Positions 1 to 14,200 of a DNA stretch of 64,000 nt are shown here, piece after piece (positions within the stretch are counted from its first letter, which is position 1; each line of letters starts with the position of its first letter). The DNA comes from Laetmonice hystrix (taxonomy: Eukaryota): the NCBI GenBank assembly GCA_965235115.1, contig OZ249444.1, positions 10,354,001 to 10,418,000 on the forward strand, given 5' to 3'. The translations under genes and the position numbers were made by a program. Below the pieces are notes generated by a model. The model was not told the origin of the DNA. It saw only the letters and a list, made by a program, of their open reading frames with translations, and did no database searches.

Positions 1-351
1 TTAAGGAGACTAGGTCATACTGGCTTCAACTTTACACTTAAGTAGACTCGAACACACTCAATTCTACCAGACTTAAGGAGACTAGGTCATACTGGCTTCA
101 ACTTCAAACTTAAGTAGACTCGAAATACTGGCTTCAACTTCACACTTAAGTAGACTCGAACACACTCAATTCTACCAGACTTAAGGAGACTTGGTCATAC
201 TGGCTTCAACTTCACACTTAAGTAGACTCGAACACACTCAATTCTACCAGACTTATGGAGACTAGGTCACACTGGCTTCAACTTCACACTTAAGTAGACT
301 CGAACACACTCAATTCTACCAGACTTAAGGAGACTTGGTCATACTGGCTTC
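1..351. repeat. 72-bp minisatellite, about 4.9 copies, cut by the window start
   Basis: Unit TTAAGGAGACTAGGTCATACTGGCTTCAACTTCACACTTAAGTAGACTCGAACACACTCAATTCTACCAGAC starts at 1, 73, 181, 253 and 325; the second copy carries an internal 36-bp duplication. Confidence 0.95.
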
Positions 352-673
352 CTCGCCAGTCTGAAAAGGACCAGTAGAACCAGACGGGATTCCACGACAG
401 GTGCGTCCAACCAGTTGCCAGAACCCCCTATCAGTGCCTGCCGCTGAACCTCTCACCGTTATCTCTGATAACAGCCAGCCAGTGGCGGCTCAACCGGAGG
501 GTTGCCGGATCAACCCTTTCATGACCAGCCGGCTTATCTAGCCACACACCCAGGTGGATCAGAGTGAGGGGGGGTTGTCTTGGCGATGCTGGTGGCTATG
601 TCTACGGATCCTCAGCCTGGCTGTGACAGCCGGCCAGTGTTGTAGGTATGTATTGTCTGTAGTAGTACTATTC

Positions 674-706
674 CTACTACTACTACTACTACCGCTACTA
701 CTACTG

Positions 707-740
<34 letters not shown>
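674..740. repeat. (CTA)n/(TAG)n microsatellite
   Basis: About 22 CTA triplets with two CTG/CCG interruptions; this explains the poly-Leu and poly-Ser ORFs at 554-846. Confidence 0.95.
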
Positions 741-3700
741 CTGTACAAACCGAACAGAATACCTCCACCGAACACGCTCTCATTGGAACAATTTTTCCCG
801 TCGTCATAAAAGTTCTTACTCTAAAAGTTTTATATATGTAGCACAACTCTGTACATCAAATTAAAACTACAGTACTTTTTAAACACACTGCATTCTACTG
901 CAACGTTTTACTGATTGTTTACAATTAAAAATACCGTATCAGTTTCTGACTGCTTCCTCTCATATGAAGTCCTTGAAGCAATCATTGTTGATTACATCTG
1001 TAACAGCCGTCCATCACCTTACCATTCCCCCATCCCGACCGGGCGATAAAGAGTTCCCAGAACCTAGCCTCACGGGACCTATCACTGTTTTTCAATAGGA
1101 CTGTTTTTGAAGGTAACTGATAAGTAGATAAGAATTACTCCGGAGGAGAGTTAAAGATCTGATTTTAGATAAGGCGTCGAGATATTATCACGTCTATTCA
1201 TCATCTTCCCCGCGCCCTGCCCAGCTCGCTTCGAGAAACTGCTCTGGCAGCAAAATAAAACTGGCTAAATTTTATTACGTTAAACACTTCTGATATCTGC
1301 ATCAAGATATTATCGGCTATATTAATTCATCCCACGCCCCTCGTGTGCACCGTTTTCAGGCGACAGCTGCGTAGTAAAAAATGAAACTCTATCCACTTAT
1401 TTCTACATAGACGTTAACAATCCATCATATTTCTCTTCCAGCAGAGGAAATGGCCAACATGTATATCTAATGAACAACGACGCACTCTCCAAGTATTGCT
1501 CATTGCGTCGAATTACTTTTTATTTAATCCGATGGTTCATATATTGACATTACCGTAGGAGCCTTGAGGTAAATTATAGCATTCGGACAAATTATTAATA
1601 ATTAAGTCACTTCTAGTGCTATCTCATTTAATCTCTTTCAAATTACTTCAAATGTTTAATCTGTCTACTGTCCTTCCGAGTATTCTCAGTACATCAATCT
1701 AGCTACTTTAATCGACCCATGATATTCTGTTCAAGTCGCCGGCAATGCCTTTACATTCTACTTCCATACCTCCCTCCACTCAACTATCAATCTCAGCCAT
1801 ACACCCAGAGCTGCAAAACAAATTGAAATTTCAACACCAATCGCCCATCGTTCTTCGCGACAGCCGTTTGGCTGACCGAGTAGCCCTGGACGGTGATTTT
1901 CGGGCAATGCCAATTTCTCGCTAGCCTCGTTGTGGCCTGATTGATCGGAGCGCCCTCTGTCTTTGATCCTGACACGGAACAACTGGTCCGAGCGGCCCGC
2001 AGTGGGCGCTCTGCTCCAGTGTAGTCTGGGGATGGTTCAGACTACGATGGCGGCTACAGGAAGCAAACCCATGTCCTCAGGTCTAGCACTCAAAGATTTT
2101 AAATCGCACATGTTGCTCTGGGAATGAGGAATTATGAGTTGCCTTGAAGTATTTCTGTAATAATACTGCTCTTATTGACACAAATTTAAAATAACTTTCA
2201 AATAATATTATATCTTGTTATGGCAATTCTTTGACTGATAACAGAAATTTCTTTGAACTGTTGGCAGTTTGGCCAGGAGGTCGACTATAGCCACTTGTAC
2301 ACTCTCATAGATTACAACAGGTACAGTTCAGTGCCACCACTATGGGTTCCTCCTTTCATTGCTCAGATAACCCACGATAGCTGGCGGTGCAGGTCAAAGG
2401 GCAAAGGTCAGAGGTCATGGTTGAATGAGAGAAGCAACTGTGGAGGGTTATTCAATTACCGCTTCGCAAGGAGCGTAGCCTGCTGACGCCATTATGGAGA
2501 TTTACAGCATAAAGGTGGTGCATCATAGCACTCAGGTTGATATATGGGGCTCCCCCTGGAAGACGCCTCTGAGAGCCTGTATAAATATTACCATTGAAAG
2601 AGAGTGATATTCTAACAGGATTTCTCTGGCTGCACTAAGCGATACCAACCCGTTTAATCATGGTAACAGCTACCGGATATACCGCGGCTGTTTGTACACG
2701 GGACAGTCCTTAACTGTAACCTCTGAGGTAACATTTTCACATCATGATTCTACTAGGAACAGGACCGAAGCATGTAAGCCCCCCGTCCATGCATATTTCA
2801 TCACTATCCAGCATTAATCAACAGTGCCGCCTATATGCGAACATAGAGAAAAGTGAATACATGCATACGGACTTGACAGCGAGCTAAACCAATGCCAATA
2901 ACTTGGGACAGGACCAGTCCGTCCCCGCGGGCATTCAAAGAACTTGCGCACTGGCTTTTTACCGTCACTGATAACCCAATCTGTTCCCAAACGGGTCCCC
3001 ACGAGGCCCGTCAGAATCTGCAAGGGCTCATATTTTCGCACAATGGTCCATTGATTTTGTGACTTTCGGACCGCTGGCCCATATGGCATCTTCTCCTTCG
3101 CAGCCACTGAATGTCAATGAGAATTTAGGAATTTCAGTCATGAATCTGCAACCCTGTCTGATTCTTTTATCCAGAAGCATTGGAGGATACGTATGTCTGA
3201 AGGTGAGCCGCAGGGAGGATGGCTCCACCGCTGCCTGTGGATGTTATTTCAAAGATGACCACTGGATGCAGATGGTGGTGGCCATCTACTGACCCCACTC
3301 TCCGGGAGGGTGGGGTATCTGTCACACTGACTACCCATACACCACGCCATGACCCATACACCATCCCTCCTTACGGCGGCCAGGGTGTCTAAAACACCTG
3401 CACAGACCGGCATCACGAGGCGAGCGCTTCTATTTTCTTTACGAATTCCGTCCTCCATTCTCCCTGCGCACGTATGTGGACGTATGTGGTCGGGAAGGAT
3501 TAAGAAAAGAAAATCCGACTGACAGCGATTGTCAATTAGCACTTTACTAACAGCTTGGGTCCTTAATACACCAAGTGCTGCCCCCTGTATGAAGAGCTGT
3601 AGCTCTCCACCGGCCCAGCAGGGAAAGAATCTGGGAGGTTAGGTTCTTAAAAGGTCTTGAGCGAGGCGTATACTGATCTACTGATTGGCAAAACGTAACA

Positions 3701-5554
3701 CAGAGCATAGAAGAGATACTTCAGATTGAATTTGGAGAAGGAGCCGTAAATTATACTTCAGAGGTATCTCATTCTCAAAAAAAAAACCATTCAAATTTGT
3801 TTCCTCCGCTTGCCATAAGACCAGAGGTCAGGCCGCCATTTAGAAAAGTAATTCTTTCAGATGAAAACATAATAAATCCCCATGTGAATTATTTTATCCA
3901 AAATGCTGCAATAAAATAAAATAGCTGTTTGCAATGTGTTCCTCGAATCCACTGGGTTGAATTAGCCCGGGACGTAGAATTCCCCCCGCAGTCAGGTTGG
4001 CAGTCAAAAGGATGCACCCACAAGGGTTCGCAGACAAAGGTCCATGTATTCAGACGTCGGACTGCACCCTTGATAAAGATGTCACAACCTGTTGACATGA
4101 CAACAATGTACCATTGCTGGGCTGCCTGTCCCGCCGGCATGATCTCCAAGGCAACCCTACCTTGGTATTGTCATCACCAACATGGAATTCCTGCCCGGCA
4201 CTGCTGCCCGGCACTGCTGCCTGACACTGCCGCCCGGCACTGCCATTACTGTACGAGTGGGACGACCGGAATTTTGATCCTGTGAAGGGTCTCAATGCTA
4301 ACGGGCTAAGGTCACCAAACCGGACCATTTGGCTGGTCGTCTGCGCCTTGTCAATTCATGTCGGCCTCCGCGCCAACTCACACCCTTAACGAGAACACTT
4401 CACCTGCATGGGGATCACGCTCAACAATTTGATTTTATTAAGTGATTCCAATCAATATCACATCTGGTAATATTTCGTTTCCACAGGTTGTCTTCCTGTC
4501 TCACCGTAAGCCTGGGTTATGCCTGGGACCGCACAAACTGGGAGCAGTTTTCTCGAGTTTTTTTTACGAAAGCATGTTGTGAGGGTGTGGCGATGTTTGG
4601 GTAAAACTTTCACCCGGCCTACTTCAGCCAACCCTTCATTTCGACACATTCCAACCTTCCCAAGTTTTAAACCATATCACTTTCTACACGCCCTGTCCTA
4701 TCCTTCTACCTCTAGTTATGGTTGAAAAGTCTATATTTTCTGATAGTACGAGTTAGGCATTGTCTCCTCTCATTTTACCTTTTACACTTTCTTCTAGTCC
4801 CTGACTGATGTGACATCTGGTCCTGCCATGTTCAGACACCTTGCTCGCACGCAATCATGTCTCCCTCCTCGTGTTTACAATTTAAAACTACAAAGGAAAA
4901 GTCCGCCACAAAACTTCTAATGGCCATTTTAAATTATTTCCTTTTGATTCACGTTTCTCAATATGAAGGCTTAACCCCATGAAAAATAAGCTTGCCCTCC
5001 TAAAGCATGGCATAACATATAAATAGGTCGGTGAGAAGCACATAACTTTGGGGTCTTTTTTGTCCTTTAGATATATATCACTGCTGACCCAGATACATAC
5101 AGCCAGACAAGCAGGTGATGTTCGGGCTCGCAGACGTAGATCACGGCACTAAATCACACTTCATGTTGGAGCAATTTGGCAAGGCCGAGGACATGTTTTT
5201 GCCCTTCAACTAACTATTCAAGGTCTGACCTTCCACATAAGTAGATCAGTCCTTTCAACTTCACCCCCAACCCCCTGCCCTTCACCCTCACCCCACTTCC
5301 TAGCCTACAAATGTAGTACCTGCGGAAGGTCCGGACATACCACCATACATACCCGCCCTCGACGTTAAAAAAACCACACCAGTTAAACATCTCTTGACAT
5401 GAACCAGCTCGACGTCATGCGTACTTCCCCTCAAACAGCACTCGGTGAAACTGAATATTGAAATGCCCTCGGGAAAAAAAACATAAGTGAGGTATACAGC
5501 CTAGGATGTTTGTAGTTTTACACGGCCTTGACACGGCCCGCCGTTTGACCTACA

Positions 5555-5686
5555 GTCCGGGTATTTAAAACGTATCATCTGGCTTTTAAGCAAGCACTTA
5601 AGGTTTGCAAGGTTAGGCACTTAACATACGAACGAGCTTAAGATTAGGCTTAAGCAAGGACGTATGTTTTGAAATAAACCGGGCAC
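5555..5686. mobile_element. degenerate fold-back MITE, possibly related to the elements at 16039 and 19539
   Basis: Imperfect inverted ends GTCCGGGTATTTAAAACGTAT ... ACGTATGTTTTGAAATAAACCGGGCAC; the interior is rich in CTTAAG/TTAAG like the other two elements. Confidence 0.4.
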
Positions 5687-6521
5687 AGATCTATATTTTT
5701 GGTCCATGACTGCTCCTTCAAACCTTTCCCCGCCCTTTCCTCAAATTTACCAATAGTTTCCCACCTAAACCCCCTCCAGCGCTTTATGTGAACAATGCCA
5801 AGATTTCCCTAAATTAAAACTGACATATATGTTTAAATGGACATAACCCTCACCGATAGGTATCCTGGAAGGTATATTCATGTATACACTAGACTAAAAT
5901 AGCTTTCTAGTTATTATTCTCAAATAATCAAACTGACATGGTTATAGTGAAGAAATCTTACCCCATATTCTCACAACTGTTATAAACATGCCCACATATT
6001 CATGGTTATAGAAACACTTGTGATTATTTGAACATTAGTTTAAACAATGACCGATCGTGAAGAGAACACTCCCGGTTCAGTCCCCTCACTCTTCCGTTTC
6101 TAATATGTATTCATTCTACACGTCACCATTGTCATTTGGTATCCACCACTAATGATGACTGCTGTTTGATCTGCCCACTGGTACTGGTGACCCATACCTT
6201 GACCCATCCTTGACCCCTGCTCAACCCCTACATATTTCCTTCTAGTCGTTTCGACAACAATCACTGCTCCCAGGTAAGCACAGAAATGACATCAATGGGT
6301 CTATAAAACGTTTCTGACATTCCCTACATCATTAAACGTTCCTGGGTTCAAGTTACACCACTCTGTCACATTCAACACATCGCTGGCTTAGAGCTTTTCA
6401 CTTGGAGCAACGAAATCCAAACGCATCTGCTAAAGAAATTCACATAAATATCTATAACAAAAACCCTGAACCATATAGAATTTCTCCAATTTTCCCCTTT
6501 ATCCATCCTTAATTTACCTAC

Positions 6522-6811
6522 CTTGCTACTGACTCGCCATTCCAGCAATGGTCCTGGTCGGCCAGTCCTGTGGCGAACTTCTCGGCGCTGCACAGCGTGT
6601 CGGCGAGGTTGTGGTAAAATCCCTTGGAGGCCATTAGACTTCTCATAAACGTCTCAAGTCGTTCGTCGAGCACGGCGCTGGGTGCCGGGTTACGATCAGT
6701 GGACGACGTCCCGGCGGTGGTGGTGGTGGTGGTCGGGTCGACCTGCTGGACGGGCTCAGCCGACGTCAGGGTCTTCTTGGAGGTCTTTGGGTGGCCACAG
6801 GCCGTTATAAC
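6522..6811 (-). CDS. GPC5: internal exon of a glypican gene, GPC3/GPC5 (Dally-like) subfamily most likely; partial CDS
   Basis: Acceptor cctctttccttgtttgtccctggtag|GTT (phase 0) and donor GCAAG|gtaggt (phase 2). The stop-free translation is VITACGHPKTSKKTLTSAEPVQQVDPTTTTTTAGTSSTDRNPAPSAVLDERLETFMRSLMASKGFYHNLADTLCSAEKFATGLADQDHCWNGESVA(R/S). It matches the glypican pattern V..CG.P ... L..R...F..SL....FY..LAD.LC ... CWNG (compare human GPC5 VNRICGRP...FINSLRLYRSFYGGLADQLC...CWNGEDIV, recalled). The family call is strong; the symbol means GPC5-like and orthology is not proven. Confidence 0.93.
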
Positions 6812-8122
6812 CTACCAGGGACAAACAAGGAAAGAGGATGATTAGTACTTGTAATTAATTACAGTAACGGGCGCTACGGGATCTGGTATTAGTACATTTT
6901 AATGACCTTTGGCCGCGGAGATTCTATGTCGATAAGGCAGCAATTGGAACATTACTGATCAGATGTTAAAAGGGTTCAGCTCACATCAGAAGTCAGCATC
7001 CATGATTTGTCGGGAAAATGTTTTCTCAATATTCTGTAATTACTTCTTAGTAAAATATGCTGAGGCATCCACTACTCATAAAAAGAACCACCTAAGAAAG
7101 GCATATTGCTTCACTTCATAATCTGATCTCTCCAAGGTCAGACGTATTGACATTCCTGTCCCCTCCCAGATCACATGACCATATCTGCCGATCACATGAC
7201 CTGCCCCAAGCCAGGCAAGGGTCACAGACGGTCTCCGCCAGCCCATGATATGTCACCTTGACTGGTGTAACCTCCATGGCCTACAGTACGTCAGTATGGA
7301 GACACAGGATGAACCAGTGGGAGGGGTTGTCTAGTGACGTCCTCCTCCTGGTCCTTGGTAGGGGTCAACAGGTTTGGTGACACGCCTGCCCCAGACATGC
7401 TAAACTGATAGCACCCATGTATACTCGTCAGACAAAAACACACACAGATCTGCTAAAGTTATGAATAATTGCAGCTCTAACACGGAGCTTCGGGTCTGAA
7501 TATATCCATGGTATGCAGTAGAGACATTCTGTCACGTGCCGGTCTGAGTTTGTTTGCTAACTGTAAACTAAAATTAAAAAGGTGTTTTAAACACAAAACA
7601 TTTCCTGTTCACTAATCACATCTAATAACATTTGTTCTCACTGCCGCAACACATTAGGCAAAATGTTATTTTTCTCACTCGGCCAAAAACTGATTCCCCT
7701 GTGATGAAATGTGCAACACCTATGATAAACACATAGCTTATAGATTTCTGGTCTCACGGGAGACAAACAGCCCGGTTACGGAAACTTCGCATTCAGTCAC
7801 TTACCAACTTTACCAACGCTGAATTCAACATCGTTATTTTTATGTAACATTCACGGTATTATCTCATATATCCAGCACCAGACAAAGCTTCAACTGTTGT
7901 TAGATCATTATTATCCCATCTCCCACTCAGGCGAAATGGGATTTAGAAATCGTGTGGTTTTGTCGAAACAATATTTCATTGTGTTAGGTGTAGGTGGACT
8001 AGGGTTGTTTCTGGGTTAGTTTTCGAGATATCATGGTAAAATCATCAGATTCAATCTCGCCGCGTGGTATAAGACAATTGTTAATTCGTTTGACTGAGTT
8101 GCCAGCGGAAGCCAGTACTGAG

Positions 8123-8237
8123 TAGAAAGGATTCTGAGTTGCTGCTAGATCCTGGAAATGATTTTGTGTTGCGGCTAGATCCTAGAAAGGATTTTGTGTT
8201 GCGGCTAGATCCTAGAAAGGATTTTGTGTTGCGGCTA
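8123..8237. repeat. 30-bp tandem repeat, about 4 copies
   Basis: Unit TAGAAAGGATTTTGTGTTGCGGCTAGATCC at 8123 (diverged), 8153, 8183 and 8213 (partial). Confidence 0.9.
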
Positions 8238-11200
8238 ACTGCGGGAGGAGTTAAAGATTGCCTGGAATCTGGCCCCCTAGATATTTTTTTCAGACCAGTT
8301 TTCCAGTCTGTCGTTCCAGGTATAACCGAAATGGATGCCTTCACATACCGATTTCCAGCATTCAAACTTTACGGATAGATTCCCTCCACTCAGTCGCAAC
8401 AAACTCAGTCGGTAAACTAAATCACGAGTTACGTCTATCTCTTCTCTTCCTTCCAAATCGTACACTTACAGATACTCCATACGTTCTGGATTAAATACAT
8501 TCTGATAAACTGACTACTCTATCCATACAACTATTTAAGAATCCGATTAGACCAATTTTGCATTCATTTTCAAATCAAGTATAGTATCAAGTACTTGTCT
8601 GGAATATAATTACTTTTTGTCTTTCCTCCCTTAGTTTTTCCTCGTCGGGACCTCCCCAAAACAATGGTCACTTAGGTTCAGCTATGTTCAACTTGACCTT
8701 GCTGACCTTTGCTGTGCCGTGATTCGGACGGTCCGTATTAAGTCATCCATGTTAACATGACGTGTAGCTGACCCTCCTTGACCATTACATGTTTATCATG
8801 TTTATCATGTTAATGTTATATACGACATTCACGTTCACCAATCCAAAGTAGAGACACCAAGCAAGCCCTAACTCCAGAGTCTTCCTCGAACTTAATCTTT
8901 TATTAATCGTTAACCATTCCTCTTAATCTCAATCGCCTTTACACTCAAACTCCTACGACTTCCGCTTAATAGATCTCTTTAATCTTTCATCAGAGTGGCT
9001 GCCCGATTCCCATAATTGAGACTCGCCATAATTCTCTCTGCTTCCACGGGCGATAGGAACTAAGGTGGGCCAAAAACTTTACTGCCATCACTCGCCAGGG
9101 AAAACAGTCTGATTGCTCACCAAATTACACATAACAGGAGCACTGGCAGGAAGGAATAATTGGCCCAGCAGGTAATTCGCTACTTAAAGTTCCCAGCCCC
9201 TTAATTGGCATGAAATGGAGAAAGGGATAATAAAATATAACTACATGTATACATGTACTGATAAATGATTACATAAATTAGGAAATAGAGTTTATGTTCA
9301 AACACTGGACAGTGAAAGTGAACCCACCCCTGATATTTTCGTAATCATGAATTTACACGGAGTACCTTTTCGTGTTTGATCGTAACATACAGAGATAGTA
9401 CAATAGGTATATAGTATTGGCGCCAGTACGTGTGGCAGAGCATATGGTAGGAGACTATTTTAAGAGAGAATCCATATTTCATAATCCAGACCCGAGTGCA
9501 GTGCTCCCTACAAGGGTCGGCCTGCTATACCTGACCCACTGAAGACCCCATGCATTCCCAATAACGGAATAAATAAATCTAAGTTAAAACATTATCTCGA
9601 ATACATTGAGACTTCAATAATCACTGCCACTCTCTTCAACTTTCCAGCATAATTGTATTTTTTCGTCTATTATTATTATTAATATTAGGCAATCATGACA
9701 ACCAAGCTGCCTTCACGGGGACAGATTTTCAGAAAAACGACATGATTTGTTCTGGGAAGTCCACAAAAAGCTGGATGCAGTATGGCAGCCACACTGTCCA
9801 TGATATGATGAGAGAAGCCTTATACGCTCTCTAACACACTCTGGGAAGGATTTAATTTCTCTCAGGTGCTGCTGGCTCTCAGGCCTACTCCACACCAATT
9901 ACATTTCTTACTCTCAATTATTGAACTCCCTTCTTTTGCAGCTGCATTGTTATTAAATCGGGCTCAGTTACTTGGACAAGAAGCAACAATCAGTGTTTCG
10001 TTCATGCTGTATCTTGCAGGAGTGAGGAGGGGGGGGGGGCTTGCAAACAAAAAAAGTAAAGAAAAAAAAACAACTTTGAGTGTCATTGTCAGTGACGTAG
10101 GATTGTCAAACCATCATGTTTATCCTGAGGACTCATCCAGAGTTAGTCCATACAGGGACAGTTTTCCTTTTTTAGTCATATGTCATCCCTGCCATGTCGA
10201 AGTGACATCTGGCGAAGTGATGAACAGATTCCCTCTGGAAAGTCACATAGCACTGGCAGACATCTCAGATTTCATATCAGGTAGGCTAAAAAAATCTACT
10301 ACCGGGTACAATAATTCTATCGGCAACAATTTCCCAAAGGGTGGGTTGACCTTCCAGCAAAGTATGTTTTTTTCTTACTCCTTTCAATTTAATTTAAAGC
10401 GATTATCAGGGTTTCATGGCAGTTCTCCGTGACAACTGTCTTTCAGACGACCAGAGCATTTTCATTCCACAGAAACAATTTGTTGACAGAATAACTCACA
10501 TCAAGGTTATTCTAAAATGACCTGCTATAGTACACGTATATAAAACCAAATTGACCGGTGTAGGACTAAAGCACAGAACCCTGTGTCCAACTGGAGGACG
10601 ATAATATCAGAAAATAGTGTAGTTATCGCCCAGACTGATTCCTTTACGGGGTGCGCGTGGAGAGAAATTGGCACCACGTCACAGTTGGTCAGGGTCTGAC
10701 TACAGCCAGCCAATCGAATTACACGGTACAACTTGGGGAAAAGACGTGGGAGTGTTTCAGAACGCCGACCGATTCACAGCATGCCCGCTATATACAGTGG
10801 TAACAGCCTGACAATGAGAGCCGCGCAGAACTGGCCCTGAAAGCCCATTCACTGTCTCTGTATCTCCATGTTAAAGATGGCCACGCTAAATGAGATGAAG
10901 TGATCTAAATAAACCGTCACTTGACACTCCTGCCAGTCACAGGAATTCAAGATTGGTTTTACCTCCAATCATCATGTGGCATGATAAGCCATAAAATATC
11001 ATTTATATCATTTTTGGGAAGCTAGAGCCTATAGGCCAACAACATACATGTAGGTATTATGCAGTAACAGATTTATACAAAATACTGCACAAATAGGACC
11101 TACAACTCTGTGTACTTCTTACATCATGATTTGCAGGTAGAATTTTGCAACTCTAGATCTACTCCCTACATGGTAGGCCTACTTCAACATTCACTCTCCA

Positions 11201-14200
11201 CTGCCCAAGTTTCCTGGCTCCCTTCCCAACAATCCAAGTGTACACCGTCCTACACATACAGACGACTCAGTCGTACATTATTAGGGACACGTTATGACTG
11301 ACTGAGACACGTGGCACCGATCTACGCAACGTGCCAGCTGTCTAAATATCCTTGCTTTTCTAGAAACAAATACACCAACACTCATAGTTTCCTTACCCTC
11401 ACACTAAGCGCTATCTAAAGTCCTTTTTTTAATTTCATCAACAATGCCAGAATGATATTTTGGCACAAACGTCAAACAACAGTTTACGGTGCAGCGACTA
11501 ATAGCGGTCTAACTGGAGAAATGCCATCACATTAAAAGCTTCAAGGTATTGCGACAAAAGATGAAGACCTTCGACTCACTCGGTGTATATATACCACACG
11601 CTAAGATCACTCACGTTTGACATACACCTTGGTAATATATACCACAAACAGAGATCCATGAAAGAAAACACAAACACATCGCCGGGACTTCACTGATGCG
11701 GAAACACCATCGGCGATCAAGAAACCCATCAAACACGCACTTCAACTCACGGCAATCTGACGGTGGTAGCTAAGTCTATAACCTTTATCTGAGAACAGCA
11801 CTGTCTGCTCTGTCTCCATCCAGACATTTAGTCCGGGAAGCTGGTGTAATTCCACCCGAAACGGAACTCGTTCTGGTCCCTCCTCTTGTACTAGGTCGTT
11901 CAATATTTAAGAAAGAACTGGGAATTCTGGCACGGAAATAATCGGGATTCATTCGGCCCCATTGGTTTCCTTGTATATAACACAATGTGACGCTACCAAA
12001 ATAAAAAGGAAAAACAAAGGCTGAAACTTGTCATTCTCCCTCGAAAGAACTCGGAAAACAACAGATCAGTTTAAGCCCAGATATTTTTAAAAGTAGTTAT
12101 TTGGATTCAGAGGAAACGAAATGGAAACGTGAGACCTGAGAACCTTTTATTTATTGAATTCCTCTGCGCATTAAAATCGCACATTATGACCTCCAGTGTG
12201 GGGCAGATACTTGACATTGATCAGTTTTCAAAATCAACATGTACTTTCTCCAGCGCACAAACAATTCCACATTCCTATGAAACCATGTCTCCTATTTCTC
12301 CCACCCCCTCCCCCTCCCACCAATGAGAAACGCCAATTCATTCGATTTCTGACCTCGCCGTTTTCAAGCAAACACTCCTAAATTCCCCCAAACGACGTGT
12401 AAACAGAAGCCCCATTGAGATGCGATGCGGTCCGTGGGACCAGTCCTCTGTCTGTGATATATTGAAATGTTGGACACAAAGATAGTTTGGCTGGCATTTA
12501 CTGCCCATATTTTGTCTCCAGCCGGTTTTGCAGACCACTAGCCAGACTACATAGACGGACAAGTAAAACCCTGTGGTTTCGTCAGACCTTATCAATGCTG
12601 TCAACAACTGCCTGCCAAATGTTCTTTCCTTCTTCAAAACCATACATTTTGACGACAGGTGTTTTTAACCATTTTGTTGCGTTTTTTTTGGTGAAAGATT
12701 CCCTGCGTCTTGTCTTGTGTCACTGGGCGCTGTGTTTGCGGGCCGTCTAATTCAACTTCCACCATCGTCCTCAGTTCTGGTAGTGTAATACGACCACCCG
12801 ACCCAGTCCTATTTTCTCTGACCTTACTCCAACAGACATTGGTGACAGGTCGGTTCCTTCCTGCATTCTAAGTTTACAGAGCGTCTTCCGGAATCTCCAA
12901 CATCTTCAAATGGCATTTCTCATCTGTAATTTTCTTTAGAACTTTCTTCAAGTCATTCCACAATAATCATATAAACCTCACAGCATCGCTCACCGCTTAA
13001 CGCCACTGTAATGTAAATATATTGTAACAGAAACACCAATTGTCTCTTATCTGTTGTGAGGTTACCATCCGATAAACTGGCATTCTCCATTATCTTCATA
13101 CTAAGTACATTACCAGTATCTTCCCATAACGACGTTAAAGTTCCATAGAATAAAACCAATCTATTCAAATCGACTACAACCAGCTTACCGAAAGAACCGT
13201 GCTGCTTGCAGTGTGTAGCTACTGGTGAACTGAATCTTTGAACCTTTGGTTTCTATATTTACATCTCTGGATCCCTGATTTGGCACCCAGCTGGCAAAAA
13301 TGATGAATAGGCGGTAGAAATCTCCACCTAAACACGCCTTTAACAACCGGTCTGTATGTGGGGTATAATAGCCATTGTCGTGTGTCAGCCTGCACACTCC
13401 TGCAACCCAATTCAGGTATTATGTCATCTGAATCGTGTAGCTCTGTTGTGTAGCTCTGCTGGATTCTCCCCGGTGTGTTTTGTAAGCGTTATCGTAACTC
13501 CATCTTTGCTTAGGCCAGGAATGAATGCAGCCTACAATCTATTTCTGCTATGACAATCCCCTATTGTCTCGCGGCTTTTACTGGAAAAGTCCCCAAACAC
13601 TGCTTTAATGGCGCCTTTCAGCGGTGGCCGTAAAGTTATCCCTGTGCGCTGGGAGTTCTTCTATTAAGTTCGGAACACTAAGAACAGAACACTAAGACTG
13701 TCTGCATGGGGACCTTATGACGGTAAGAGGTGTGCTGGGGGCGAGGTAATGTGTTGGTTAGAGCTTGGGCAGATTGAGTCACAGATCACTCCCCGTTCTT
13801 ATATACTGCGGAGCTGTCTGCTAACAGACTACAGGACCCACTGCCACCTCATCGGACTTCTCCCCCCTCCCAGACAATAGTGGATCCCGATTAGTGCCAC
13901 TCTGATCCTGTCCTACCATCCCCTCTCTCGGCACACCGACTATAGATTCTACTAACACGGCCGGTCTCAGCCTGACTGCTGCACGGCCCGGCACCCAACA
14001 CTGCTCAATGATTGGCAAAAGATGTAAACTGGAGGAAATTACACCGCCTTCACACGACTTGACCCTGGAGGTGGGTGCAGAGCGTGCTGGAGTACGGAAC
14101 TACCTCTTCTATGATCACTGAGTGCCGAGTGGCAATGAGAAGGACAGCACTGATGACTTTGGAGAAAAGTTCACTTCAAATATCCCCTGGTTTTTACTCG

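Noticed and set aside
554-846. Poly-Leu, poly-Ser or poly-Val ORF as the terminal (HS-attachment or GPI-signal) glypican exon
   Set aside because: It is a (CTA)n microsatellite. The required intervening exon with the NPEV-like motif was not found between 850 and 6521, so the gene probably continues beyond the window.
9713-9898. ECVRERIRLLSSYHG resembling glypican ECIR...PFG
   Set aside because: The downstream sequence does not follow the glypican pattern and no convincing splice sites were seen.
12840-13330. Degenerate Gypsy reverse transcriptase on the minus strand (FCQLGAKSG, EVYM-IIV, NDLKKVLKKI)
   Set aside because: The motif look-alikes are in different frames and about 105 codons apart where about 65 are expected, and the catalytic DD is absent. 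A TBLASTN hit would be needed.
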